Shown here: positions 27,118-35,990 of the stretch, piece by piece
Layout of the letters: each line of letters begins with the position of its first letter
Numbering within the stretch: the stretch's first letter is position 1
Origin: Elusimicrobia bacterium RIFOXYA2_FULL_47_53
Lineage (GTDB): Bacteria > Elusimicrobiota > Endomicrobiia > Endomicrobiales > XYA2-FULL-47-53
Assembly (NCBI GenBank): GCA_001800315.1
Contig: MGVE01000016.1
Location: forward strand, 3,432-67,431
Direction of reading: 5' to 3'
DNA length: 64,000 nt
Made by a program: the position numbers and the translations under genes
Notes under the pieces: generated by a model
The model's input: the letters and a program-made list of their open reading frames with translations, nothing else
The model's database searches: none
What the model was told of the DNA's origin: nothing

Positions 27118-28692
27118 GTGTCCGTACCGAAAAATCTTCGCACCGAAAACTTCCGTTCAATAATGGCCTTAACATCAGGCATATTGACAACAACCCGTTT
27201 TTTTAGCTCTGTTTTAGTTCCTAAAAACATAAAGCTGTTATTGCTGTTGATTATTGTCCTTCTTGGGAAGCCGTGTCCGGGACAGCTGAACGCCCTGGAT
27301 GAAGGAATAGTTATCACGGCTGTTGGCGACATAATGCTTTCCCGCGGATTATCTCCATTATTAGAAAAAAACGGGCCTGATTATCCTTTTGCTGGAACTA
27401 AACATATCTTTAGAAATTCCGACATAGCTATTGGGAATCTTGAATGTTATATTTCCTCGCGGACGCTTGACGCGGGAAATTTCTTTAACTTCAGGGCCTC
27501 CACTCCGGCTGTTTCAGGATTAAAGAACGCCGGATTTAATGTGCTGACTCTGGCAAACAATCATGTGTTTGACGGCGGCTACCCGGGTGTTCGGGACACT
27601 GTCAGCATCTTACAGGAACACAAAATTGCTTATTGCGGGGCAGGTTCTGATATTGAGACAGCACAGCGCCCCGCCTCACTGCAAATTAAGGGAAAGAAAA
27701 TCGCGGTAATTTCCTGCACAACATTGATGCCAGCAGGCCTTTTGGCGTCCAAAAATTCCCCCGGACTGGTATCCCCCGGTATGCTTGTTTCTCAGATCAG
27801 GAGGCTTCGTGTATATTACGATTATGTCATTGTCTCGTGCCACTGGGGGGAGGAGCTTGCCGAGAAACCGCGCGCTGACGATATTAAAACAGCCCATGCT
27901 CTCATTGATGCCGGAGCGGAATTAGTAATAGGCCATCATCCTCACACGATACAGGGGATAGAAATATACAAAGGCAAAGCGATAATTTACAGCCTTGGGA
28001 ATTTCATTTTTGATAACCCCTCCGAACCAACCCGTAAAGCATTTATTGCCGAATATACCATATTGCCGCGCTCAAAAACATTAAGAGTCATTCCGATAGA
28101 AAGAAAACTTGGAGTAGCTTATATTCCGGGTGATAACAGCGCGATAGAAATTGTTAACAGGATAAAAACAGCGTCATCAGATTTCAACACCGAGATAAGC
28201 GTTTCAACGGATTCATTCAGCGTAATTATATCGTCAATCAGCGCTTACATTGAAGTTGACAAGGCCGCCAAAAAACTCACTTTTATCAAAGAGGGCAGGC
28301 CTGAATATATCTGTGATGTCGCCGTTGGGATGGATGACTGTACTCCGCCGGGAAGATTTACTATTATGAACAAGACCTCCGGGCCGTCTTACATTAACGA
28401 CAACAGAGAAATCGTCGCTCCCGGCTCCGCGGAAAATCCATTAGGTAAAAGATGGATGGGCCTGGACAGATGGAATTTAAGGACTAATCGGCAATATGGA
28501 ATACATGGAACAAACGATGAAACAAGGATTGGCAGGGAAATATCGCGGGGCTGCGTAGAGCTTTTTGACAGAGATATTCAGAATTTGTTCAGTATGGTTC
28601 CCGTCGGCACGGAAGTCCACATTTTGAATAACCGTTCGGCTAAAGATGAGCCGGGTGAGAATACGGAAAATACGCGCTCTTCAGAAAACTAA
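27118..28692 (+). CDS. CapA-family metallophosphatase-like domain fused to a YkuD L,D-transpeptidase domain
   Basis: The start is uncertain (track 27076; GTG 27118 after GAAGGGGG; ATG 27163). CapA pattern: VGDIM..R, LANNHVFD, SCHWGEE, IGHHPH, SLGNF. C-terminus YGIHGTND....SRGCVEL is the YkuD His/Cys catalytic motif. Confidence 0.7.
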   Translation: MSVPKNLRTENFRSIMALTSGILTTTRFFSSVLVPKNIKLLLLLIIVLLGKPCPGQLNALDEGIVITAVGDIMLSRGLSPLLEKNGPDYPFAGTKHIFRNSDIAIGNLECYISSRTLDAGNFFNFRASTPAVSGLKNAGFNVLTLANNHVFDGGYPGVRDTVSILQEHKIAYCGAGSDIETAQRPASLQIKGKKIAVISCTTLMPAGLLASKNSPGLVSPGMLVSQIRRLRVYYDYVIVSCHWGEELAEKPRADDIKTAHALIDAGAELVIGHHPHTIQGIEIYKGKAIIYSLGNFIFDNPSEPTRKAFIAEYTILPRSKTLRVIPIERKLGVAYIPGDNSAIEIVNRIKTASSDFNTEISVSTDSFSVIISSISAYIEVDKAAKKLTFIKEGRPEYICDVAVGMDDCTPPGRFTIMNKTSGPSYINDNREIVAPGSAENPLGKRWMGLDRWNLRTNRQYGIHGTNDETRIGREISRGCVELFDRDIQNLFSMVPVGTEVHILNNRSAKDEPGENTENTRSSEN

Positions 28693-28721
28693 CACGGCAG
28701 CGGTAACCAAAGGTAATTTCT

Positions 28722-30194
28722 ATGAACGAAAAAGTTGTAGTCGCGCTTGACCTCGGCACTACCGGCAACAGGGCGATAGCCTTTAACAAAAGAGGCGAAA
28801 CCGTTGCCAAATCCTATTACGAGTTTCCTCAATACTTCCCTGAACCCGGCTGGGTTGAACACGATCCTCTTGAACTTTACGGCACCGCATTAAAAGCGCT
28901 TAAGGATGTCGTCGCTGAAGCCGGCGCGCAGAACATTTCTTCAATCGGCATAACCAACCAGCGCGAAACCACTGTTATATGGGATAAAAAAACAGGCAAA
29001 CCAATTTATAACGCGATTGTCTGGCAGTGCAGGCGAACCGAAAAAATATGCGCGGAGCTTAAAAAATATTCCGGAATTTTCAAAGAGAAAACCGGACTGT
29101 TCCTTGACCCCTATTTTTCCGGCACAAAAATAAAATGGATTCTGGACAATGTGGAGGGCGCCCGCGAAAAAGCCCGGAGGGGAGAACTTTTGTTCGGAAC
29201 CCCCGACACCTGGGTTTTGTGGAACCTGACGGCGGGCAAAACGCACGCTACCGAGCCGAGCAACGCCAGCCGCACGCTAATCTACAATATTAACTCCCTG
29301 TCTTTTGACAAAGAACTCCTTGAAATTCTTTCTATTCCCGCCGGTATTTTACCGCAGGTTAAAGACTCCGACGCGTTTTTTGGCCTGACAGACAAAAGCG
29401 TCACAGGCCTTGAAATACCCGTCCGTGGTATGCTCGGAGACCAGCAGGCGTCGTTATTCGCTCACAACGGCTGGGAAAAAGGCACAGCCAAAGCGACATA
29501 CGGCACGGGCATATTCATGTTAACAAATACCGGAGATAAGCTGGTCAGCAGCCCGTCTCTTGTTTCAACTATCGCATCAAAAACCGCCGAAGGCGTAAGT
29601 TACGCCCTGGAAGGAAGCATATTCTCGGGCGGCGCCGCTGTCCAGTGGCTGAGAGATAATATTGAAATTATCGGCTCCGGAGCGGAAACCGAAAAAATGG
29701 CCTGCTCTCTTGAAGGAAACGATAACATTTATTTTGTTCCGGCATTCCAGGGACTGGGCGCCCCCTACTGGGATTCCAACGCAAGGGGCCTCTTGATAGG
29801 CATAACCCGTAAAACTTCAAAAGAAAATATCGCCAGGGCCGTGATAGAGTCAATGGCTTATCAGGTCAAAGATGTCGCGGACGAAATGAAAAAGGCCTTC
29901 GGCGCGGAATTAGCGAAACTACGGGTTGACGGCGGCGCCTGCGCCAACAACTTTCTCATGCAGTTCCAGTCGGACCTTCTCGGCTTCCCGGTGGAACGCC
30001 CGCGAATAATTGAAACAACCGCTTTGGGCGCCGCGGGAATTAGCGCCATAGCCTCCGGTTTCTGGAGCAGGGAAGAGTTTCAAAAGGTAATGAGCGTGGA
30101 AAGAATTTTTAGGCCGGCCATGAATCCGGAGAAAGCCGCCTCGCTCTATGCTCAATGGCAAAAAGCCGTGGAACGGTCAAGAAGCTGGGCGTAA
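28722..30194 (+). CDS. glpK: glycerol kinase
   Basis: ALDLGTTGNRAIAF, GWVEHDP, GITNQRETTVIWD, FGTPDTWVLWNLT, GDQQASLF. Full-length FGGY kinase. Confidence 0.9.
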   Translation: MNEKVVVALDLGTTGNRAIAFNKRGETVAKSYYEFPQYFPEPGWVEHDPLELYGTALKALKDVVAEAGAQNISSIGITNQRETTVIWDKKTGKPIYNAIVWQCRRTEKICAELKKYSGIFKEKTGLFLDPYFSGTKIKWILDNVEGAREKARRGELLFGTPDTWVLWNLTAGKTHATEPSNASRTLIYNINSLSFDKELLEILSIPAGILPQVKDSDAFFGLTDKSVTGLEIPVRGMLGDQQASLFAHNGWEKGTAKATYGTGIFMLTNTGDKLVSSPSLVSTIASKTAEGVSYALEGSIFSGGAAVQWLRDNIEIIGSGAETEKMACSLEGNDNIYFVPAFQGLGAPYWDSNARGLLIGITRKTSKENIARAVIESMAYQVKDVADEMKKAFGAELAKLRVDGGACANNFLMQFQSDLLGFPVERPRIIETTALGAAGISAIASGFWSREEFQKVMSVERIFRPAMNPEKAASLYAQWQKAVERSRSWA

Positions 30195-30336
30195 GTTTGG
30201 CGCATCTGTGGCCGAATTCGCTGATAATTTTTGTAGCAAAAAGTATGTCATCCCCGAAATTAGTAATCGGGGATCCGGAACAGCGGCATTTCGTAAATGA
30301 CTTTTTGAAAAGGATACCCGACAGTGACACTCGGAC

Positions 30337-31317
30337 ATGACAAGATATGATAATACGGCACCCAAGGTTGCTATGAATTTCAACATTCCTGCAAGAGACA
30401 GCATAAAGCCACTTAACTTTAAGGAAGCCTCGGTATATCCTAAGGATGTTACCGATTACTTCGCTTATTATGGGCTTGCTCCTATGGAGAGCGTTGAACA
30501 CAAATTCGGATCGTTTCGGTCGCAGGGATATACACTCGCGGCTCATTGCTTTATACCAAAGGCGTACCACTCAACTGTCCTGCTTATGCACGGCTATTTT
30601 GAGCACAGCGGCCTGATGGGAAAATTAGTAAGACATCTGACATCAAAAGGTTTTCTTGTGGCCCTTTACGATATGCCGGGCCACGGGCTTTCCTCGGGAG
30701 CGCCGGCTGTAATTGAATCTTTTTCAACTTATTCCGCGGTAATGGAAGATTTTGTACGCCTGCTTAAAACAAATTTCAGCGTTCCGCTAAACATTGTCGG
30801 ACACAGCACAGGCGGCTCCGCAGTTATTGGCTATCTATTTACCAGAGGCGCCGCCGATCTTAACAAAATAGTTCTCGCGGCTCCGCTGGTCCGTATTCCT
30901 ATGTGGCGTTTTACCCTGATCGCTTACAATTTATTGTCCAAATTTTTAGCTTCAGTGCCGAGGAAGTACCACAAAAGCTCGTCCGACAAAGCATTCCTAG
31001 ACTTTTACAGGCACGATCCGCTTCAGATATGGGTACAGCCGCTTGCCTGGGTGAAAGCGTTGATTGACTGGAACAGACAAATAGCTAATACACCCCCTGT
31101 GAAAAAACCGATGCTGGTTCTGCAGGGAACAAAAGACTCGGTGGTAGAGTGGAAGTATAACACCGTGTATATAGCAAAGGCTTTTCCCGCGGCTGACATA
31201 AAGATTTATAAAGGATTCGGCCATTACCTTTTCAATGAATCAGAAGAGTTTAGGGGGAAAGTATTTGAAGCTCTGGCTGATTATCTTTTAGACTCGGAAT
31301 CTAAGCCACAACAGTAA
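30337..31317 (+). CDS. alpha/beta hydrolase (lysophospholipase/monoacylglycerol-lipase-like)
   Basis: HGYFEHSG, PGHGLSSG, nucleophile elbow GHSTGG, and a late GFGHYLF His motif. The N-terminal start is uncertain. Confidence 0.7.
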   Translation: MTRYDNTAPKVAMNFNIPARDSIKPLNFKEASVYPKDVTDYFAYYGLAPMESVEHKFGSFRSQGYTLAAHCFIPKAYHSTVLLMHGYFEHSGLMGKLVRHLTSKGFLVALYDMPGHGLSSGAPAVIESFSTYSAVMEDFVRLLKTNFSVPLNIVGHSTGGSAVIGYLFTRGAADLNKIVLAAPLVRIPMWRFTLIAYNLLSKFLASVPRKYHKSSSDKAFLDFYRHDPLQIWVQPLAWVKALIDWNRQIANTPPVKKPMLVLQGTKDSVVEWKYNTVYIAKAFPAADIKIYKGFGHYLFNESEEFRGKVFEALADYLLDSESKPQQ

Positions 31318-31437
31318 TTTTAAGGTAATACAATCTCAAGAACCCGCATCCGTTAGAAAATCTGTTCCAGATTCTATTGATATCAGACTCAAATATTTAA
31401 ATTAGCTTTTGTGATGAAGCTATAAAGTGGGGATAAA

Positions 31438-32721
31438 TTGAAGAAGTTACTCACATTTTTGATACTTATTTTTGTTTCAATTCAATCGTCTTTTGCCGTA
31501 GATCTTGCTGAAATAGGCAAAGTAACTGGCGTGTATCAACGGGCGAAGTCAACGATTGTCACGATGGAGCTTGAAGTAAAACTGCCGCCGGGTGTTATTG
31601 CGTTTATCAATAAAGACATAAAAGCCGTGATTGGCGATTTGTTTAGCAATGATGCTAAAGTTTATCGCTACGAAGCGGCATTATCTGGTAAAGGTAATGT
31701 TGAAAAAGACGCAAAAGTATATATTTTCGGTCAAAAGGAAAATGATGGAACGAACATATATCTAAGGTTAGAGCGAAGAGTAAGCTTTGAACCTAAAAGT
31801 ACGGGGCATGTAATTGCTTCTTATGGTTCACGAATACATATTGACAGAGGATCATTGCATGAGGTGCACGACAGAGATATCTATGCAATATACGATTCGT
31901 CAGGCCACTATAAAGGGAACATAGAGGCTATAGGTGTTGGCGATTACGAAACAATAGGCCAAACAGTAACTGGTGAGCGTTCAAGAATAGAGCCTGGAGA
32001 TAATGTAATACATCTCGGTCAGAGAAAATTCTTTGGACTTGGGTTTATGTATGGCTTCTCACTGCCAGTAACTGATGGAAATTGGGCTCAAGGACCCTCT
32101 TCTTGGAGAAAGGGGAGTGGTATAGTTGCCGATCCGCTTGAAGATGCTGATTGGGGTGATTTTGAAAAATCTGCAAACATATCATCAAGGGACGGTGGCT
32201 TGTTTTGGGAATGGCAGTTTCGAGATGGTTGGGGAATCAACTGGATGTGGGGAATATATGGGCACAGTTCGTTAGGATATAATAATATAACAAGAAATAT
32301 AGTTGATTCGAATGGCAATAAAATAGGTATATCCACCATATATATTAAAGATAATTTCTCGGTTGAAATTATTTCTCCAATAGTATTAAAAAAGAATTTC
32401 TTTTACCCTGATTGGTTCTCGCCTTATCTTGGAATAGGTACCGCATTATACAGAAGTAGCTTTTCGGATATACAAACAGTGTATTATCGGTATGATGATA
32501 ATTCTGGTACTGGACAAGGTGTAAATGTGAGAAATCGCGATCCCAAAATAGCTTATGCAACCTTATTCCCTGTTGTTGGGTTACAATTATTCTCAAGTAA
32601 CACAATACATCTCATTATTGATACTAAATATTTTCCACCATGGAGAAGGCTTGAGAGCAATGGTGAAGACCACACTTGGTCCGGCTGGATTACATCGTTA
32701 GCGGTAACGACTAATTGGTAA
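31438..32721 (+). CDS. hypothetical secreted/outer-membrane protein (TTG start)
   Basis: Signal peptide MKKLLTFLILIFVSIQSSFA. The C-terminal half is rich in aromatic and Gly residues and ends ...SLAVTTNW (OMP-like aromatic terminus). No family was recognised. Confidence 0.5.
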   Translation: MKKLLTFLILIFVSIQSSFAVDLAEIGKVTGVYQRAKSTIVTMELEVKLPPGVIAFINKDIKAVIGDLFSNDAKVYRYEAALSGKGNVEKDAKVYIFGQKENDGTNIYLRLERRVSFEPKSTGHVIASYGSRIHIDRGSLHEVHDRDIYAIYDSSGHYKGNIEAIGVGDYETIGQTVTGERSRIEPGDNVIHLGQRKFFGLGFMYGFSLPVTDGNWAQGPSSWRKGSGIVADPLEDADWGDFEKSANISSRDGGLFWEWQFRDGWGINWMWGIYGHSSLGYNNITRNIVDSNGNKIGISTIYIKDNFSVEIISPIVLKKNFFYPDWFSPYLGIGTALYRSSFSDIQTVYYRYDDNSGTGQGVNVRNRDPKIAYATLFPVVGLQLFSSNTIHLIIDTKYFPPWRRLESNGEDHTWSGWITSLAVTTNW

Positions 32722-32744
32722 AAGCGAGGAATTGAAACGCCCGC

Positions 32745-32792
32745 CTTGCCCCAAAACACATCTCAGAATCAATTATTGACCTTCACAATTAG
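32745..32792 (+). pseudogene. 16-codon remnant of a tyrosine-recombinase 3-prime end
   Basis: Translates to LAPKHISESIIDLHN*. It is a near-identical DNA copy of 34204-34251. Confidence 0.55.
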
Positions 32793-32814
32793 ATAAAAAA
32801 TATAAAGTTAGATG

Positions 32815-32843
32815 TTGACTGTGCAACAATTAAGGTATATAAT
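32815..32843 (+). promoter_or_regulatory. strong sigma70-type promoter upstream of the first fic gene
   Basis: TTGACT, a 17-nt spacer, then TATAAT (32838-32843). Confidence 0.55.
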
Positions 32844-32894
32844 TGTATCAGTATATGACACAATTACGCAGGTAAACACAAAAAGGAGATTGAA

Positions 32895-34016
32895 TTGGTT
32901 AAATATATCTGGGAAAAGAAAGATTGGTTTGACTTCAACTATGACCATAAAACTTTGATTGGTCCTCTTGCCAAGGCACGCCAGTTGCAGGGCAATTTGC
33001 TTGGCAGAATATCGCAGCTTAACATAACCCAGGAAACAGAAGCTCAAGCAGAGGTACTTATTGAAGAAACTGTAAGGACAGCAGAAATAGAAGGCATGGC
33101 TTTAAATAGAGATGCGGTAAGGTCTTCAGTATCGGCAAGACTTGGGCTACCCCAAGGCGTGGGCATTAAAGATGTAAACGCTGATGGCTTAATAGATGTA
33201 TTGCTTGATGCTATAAGAATGAACGATAAACCACTCTCAATAGAGCGGCTTAATAGTTGGCAGGCTGCGCTCTTTCCTACCAGTTATTCCGGACTTAAGA
33301 AAATCCGGGCAGGTGAATTGCGCGGTACTGAGCCGATGCAGGTGGTCTCAGGCCCAATCGGTAAAGAAATAATACATTTCCAAGCGCCTCCTAAAGAGCA
33401 AGCAGTGCGAGAGCTTAAGCTTTTTGTAAACTGGTGGAACAATTCGTTTAAAACTAATACCATGGATGGACTGTTACGCGCCGGTGCAGCACATTTACGG
33501 TTTATAACCATTCATCCCTACGAAGACGGAAACGGACGAATAGCAAGAGCCTTGACTGATATGGCTTTAGCGGAAGATGAAAAGATAAAAGTAAGGTTCT
33601 ACAGCGTCTCATCTCAAATAATGAGGGATAGAAAAGAATACTATGATGTTTTGGAGAATGTGCAGAACTGCAGGATTGATACTACAGAATGGTTTTTGTG
33701 GTTTATAGAGTGCATAACAGCATCAATAATTAATTCTCAAGACATTATCGCAAATGTCTTTAAACGCGCTGATTTTTGGAAAAAGCATACCCAAACACAA
33801 ATAAATGAAAGACAAAGAAAAGTTATTTCAAAAATCCTTGAAGCTGGCCCAGGCGGGTTTATGGGTGCCCTTACAACCAGGAAGTATGTCGGAATGACCA
33901 GGACTAGCAGGGCAACAGCTATTCGTGAAATCAACGATTTGGTTGAAAAAGGAATATTGATACAAATCGGAGAGAAGGGCAGAAGTGTCAAATATGAAAT
34001 TGTCTGGAGCAGATGA
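32895..34016 (+). CDS. Fic-family protein (DUF4172-like N-terminus, class II inhibitory helix, C-terminal wHTH)
   Basis: Fic motif HPYEDGNGRIAR. Inhibitory motif TAEIEG. N-terminal WEKKDWFDFNYD. TTG start. Confidence 0.85.
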   Translation: MVKYIWEKKDWFDFNYDHKTLIGPLAKARQLQGNLLGRISQLNITQETEAQAEVLIEETVRTAEIEGMALNRDAVRSSVSARLGLPQGVGIKDVNADGLIDVLLDAIRMNDKPLSIERLNSWQAALFPTSYSGLKKIRAGELRGTEPMQVVSGPIGKEIIHFQAPPKEQAVRELKLFVNWWNNSFKTNTMDGLLRAGAAHLRFITIHPYEDGNGRIARALTDMALAEDEKIKVRFYSVSSQIMRDRKEYYDVLENVQNCRIDTTEWFLWFIECITASIINSQDIIANVFKRADFWKKHTQTQINERQRKVISKILEAGPGGFMGALTTRKYVGMTRTSRATAIREINDLVEKGILIQIGEKGRSVKYEIVWSR

Positions 34017-34125
34017 TCATATTTTTAAAACCACAAACGATTTAGTGTAAATTATGGTTACATTATAGCTTTGGATAAATAATAGGATATTAACAAATAT
34101 CGAAAAGTTAATAAGCAATAGCTGA

Positions 34126-34251
34126 CAGAGCGGAAAAGATTTGGTAACTGTTTCCAAACTGCTTGGCCACTCCAGCATCAGAAATACAATGATATACGCC
34201 CACTTAGCCCCAAAACACATCTCAGAATCAATTGTTAACCTTCACTATTGA
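34126..34251 (+). pseudogene. 41-codon remnant of a tyrosine recombinase/integrase C-terminus
   Basis: Translates to QSGKDLVTVSKLLGHSSIRNTMIYAHLAPKHISESIVNLHY*, i.e. the conserved LGHSSI..T..YAHL block including the catalytic Tyr. An in-frame stop lies immediately upstream, so no full gene is present. Confidence 0.7.
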
Positions 34252-34346
34252 TAATTCGGCTCAATATTTATCGGCAATTTATCGGCATTATAACGGCAAT
34301 TATGCCCTAAATATGCTATAATTAGACTAACAACGAGGGGAAATAT

Positions 34347-35456
34347 ATGACTAATAGACAAATATGGGAACCACGCTATATTATTAATTCGGTAACAGCT
34401 AAGGCATTGATGGAAATTGAAGCTGCAAAAGCTGTAATTGAACATACCCCATTGCCTGCTGCTATTGAAGCAAAACTGCGCCATAGCGCGCGAGTTCGCT
34501 CTACTCACTATTCTACTCGTATTGAGGGCAATAAGCTAACGCTTAAAGAAGCCCAGAATGTAATCGAAAAAAGGAAAGGAACCTTTCATGGTAGAGAAAG
34601 AGATGTCAACGAAGTCCGGAATTATTGGGATGCTTTACTCAAAGTTGAAGATTGGGCATCAAAGAAAGTTGAATTCAGTGAAGATTTGATAAAACGGCTA
34701 CATGCTATAGTGGTAAATGGAAAACGAAACAAACCAACACAATACCGTACTGAGCAAAATGTAATACGCGATTCTGCCTCAGGTGGAATTGTCTATTTGC
34801 CACCTGAAGCAAAAGATGTTTCTGCTCTTATGGGATCAATGGTCAGATGGGTAAGAGCCGCTGAAAGGAATATGATACCTGTACCACTTATAGCATCTCT
34901 AATTCATTACCAATTCGTAACTATTCACCCATATTATGACGGCAACGGCAGGACCGCGCGACTCCTTGCAACTTTTATTCTTCAGAGAGACGGTTATGGA
35001 TTAAATGGTTTCTTTTCAATGGAAGAACATCATGCGCTTGATCTTGAAACCTATTATACATCCCTGGCTGTTCATAAACATCACAATTATTACAGTGGCA
35101 GAGCAGATGCTAACCTTACTTCATGGGTAGAATACTTTGTAAAGCTGCTTGCCGGTGTATTTACGAAAGCAAAAGACGAGACCCTATCTTATGTAAAAGT
35201 TGGAGCATCCCAAGAACCTGAAAACCTACGGAAGCTTGATCATAGAGCAAGAACTGTATTATCGTTGTTTGGCAAAAAAGACAAAATAAATTCTCAAGAT
35301 ATAGTTAGCATTTTAGGGCTTTCTAACAGAATGGTGAGAATATTGCTAAAGCAGTGGGTAGAAGATGGATGGCTTACCATGGCAGACCCCTCAAACAAAA
35401 GCAGGGCATATACTTTAACGGCAATTTATCGGAAATTTATCGGTAATAAGTATTGA
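34347..35456 (+). CDS. Fic-family protein (class II inhibitory helix, C-terminal wHTH)
   Basis: Fic motif HPYYDGNGRTAR. Inhibitory motif STRIEG. An extended -10 (TGcTATAAT, 34314-34322) lies upstream. Confidence 0.85.
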   Translation: MTNRQIWEPRYIINSVTAKALMEIEAAKAVIEHTPLPAAIEAKLRHSARVRSTHYSTRIEGNKLTLKEAQNVIEKRKGTFHGRERDVNEVRNYWDALLKVEDWASKKVEFSEDLIKRLHAIVVNGKRNKPTQYRTEQNVIRDSASGGIVYLPPEAKDVSALMGSMVRWVRAAERNMIPVPLIASLIHYQFVTIHPYYDGNGRTARLLATFILQRDGYGLNGFFSMEEHHALDLETYYTSLAVHKHHNYYSGRADANLTSWVEYFVKLLAGVFTKAKDETLSYVKVGASQEPENLRKLDHRARTVLSLFGKKDKINSQDIVSILGLSNRMVRILLKQWVEDGWLTMADPSNKSRAYTLTAIYRKFIGNKY

Positions 35457-35559
35457 TTATTTGAGTCAGTTGAAAACCCATTTATACGGCCCTGTCCTTG
35501 CTTGTCCGCTCTTGTCACCTCTTGTCACTTCGCTTGGCCATATGTTTATCGACGATTTA

Positions 35560-35588
35560 TTGACATTATATAGGTTATTTTGTATATT
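35560..35588 (+). promoter_or_regulatory. sigma70-type promoter for tRNA-Cys
   Basis: TTGACA (35560-35565), a 17-nt spacer, then TATATT (35583-35588), 14 nt before the tRNA 5-prime end. Confidence 0.6.
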
Positions 35589-35602
35589 ATCACCTCTTAA
35601 CC

Positions 35603-35675
35603 GGTGCGGTACCCAAGTGGTTAAGGGGGCGGTCTGCAAAACCGTCATTCGTCGGTTCAACTCCGACCCGCACCT
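35603..35675 (+). tRNA. tRNA-Cys (GCA)
   Basis: Manual cloverleaf: acceptor GGTGCGG/CCGCACC; anticodon stem GCGGT/ACCGT with loop CTGCAAA (anticodon GCA); T-arm GTCGG-TTCAACT-CCGAC. It has the A13:A22 mismatch and U73 discriminator characteristic of tRNA-Cys. No CCA is encoded. Confidence 0.9.
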
Positions 35676-35690
35676 GTCAATATCTTTAAT

Positions 35691-35846
35691 AATTTGAGTC
35701 AATTAAAAACCCTTAATAATACCCAGTCATTGCGATCTCCCGAAGGGGGGGAAGCAATCTCGCTTTTCCGTCGGAAGCGACGAGATTGCTTCGTCGTTGC
35801 ACTCCTCGCAAAGACGGACTGAAACACTTTTTCAACTGACTCAATT
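35691..35846 (-). repeat. structured intergenic repeat (copy B, inverted relative to copy A)
   Basis: The reverse complement aligns along its length with 13911-14055 (aattgagtcagttgaa...gtctttgcgaggagtg.aacgac...gcaatctcg...agattgcttc.c.cccttcgggagatcgcaa.gac). The ends aatttgagtcaatt / aactgactcaatt are inverted. Confidence 0.8.
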
Positions 35847-35854
35847 AATTAGCT

Positions 35855-35882
35855 CATCGGTAACTGCCGGTGGGTTTTTTTT
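35855..35882 (+). terminator. intrinsic terminator downstream of tRNA-Cys and repeat copy B
   Basis: CAUCGG - UAACUG - CCGGUG (6 bp including one G-U pair), followed by GG and a U8 tract. Confidence 0.6.
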
Positions 35883-35990
35883 ATTGGTGGAAATAGGTCA
35901 GTATTTGGCAGATTTAGATGATTCACAAGCATTGAGTTAATTGAGAGAATAGACTGCAACCTGAGTTAAATGTTGGAAGGGAACTGTTAT

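Noticed and set aside
31438-35675. Classical genomic island integrated into the 3-prime end of tRNA-Cys
   Set aside because: The Fic segment lies on the 5-prime (promoter) side of the tRNA. I found no duplicated copy of the tRNA 3-prime end, and no intact integrase is present. The mobile history is more likely tied to the integrase-3-prime-end repeats than to the tRNA.
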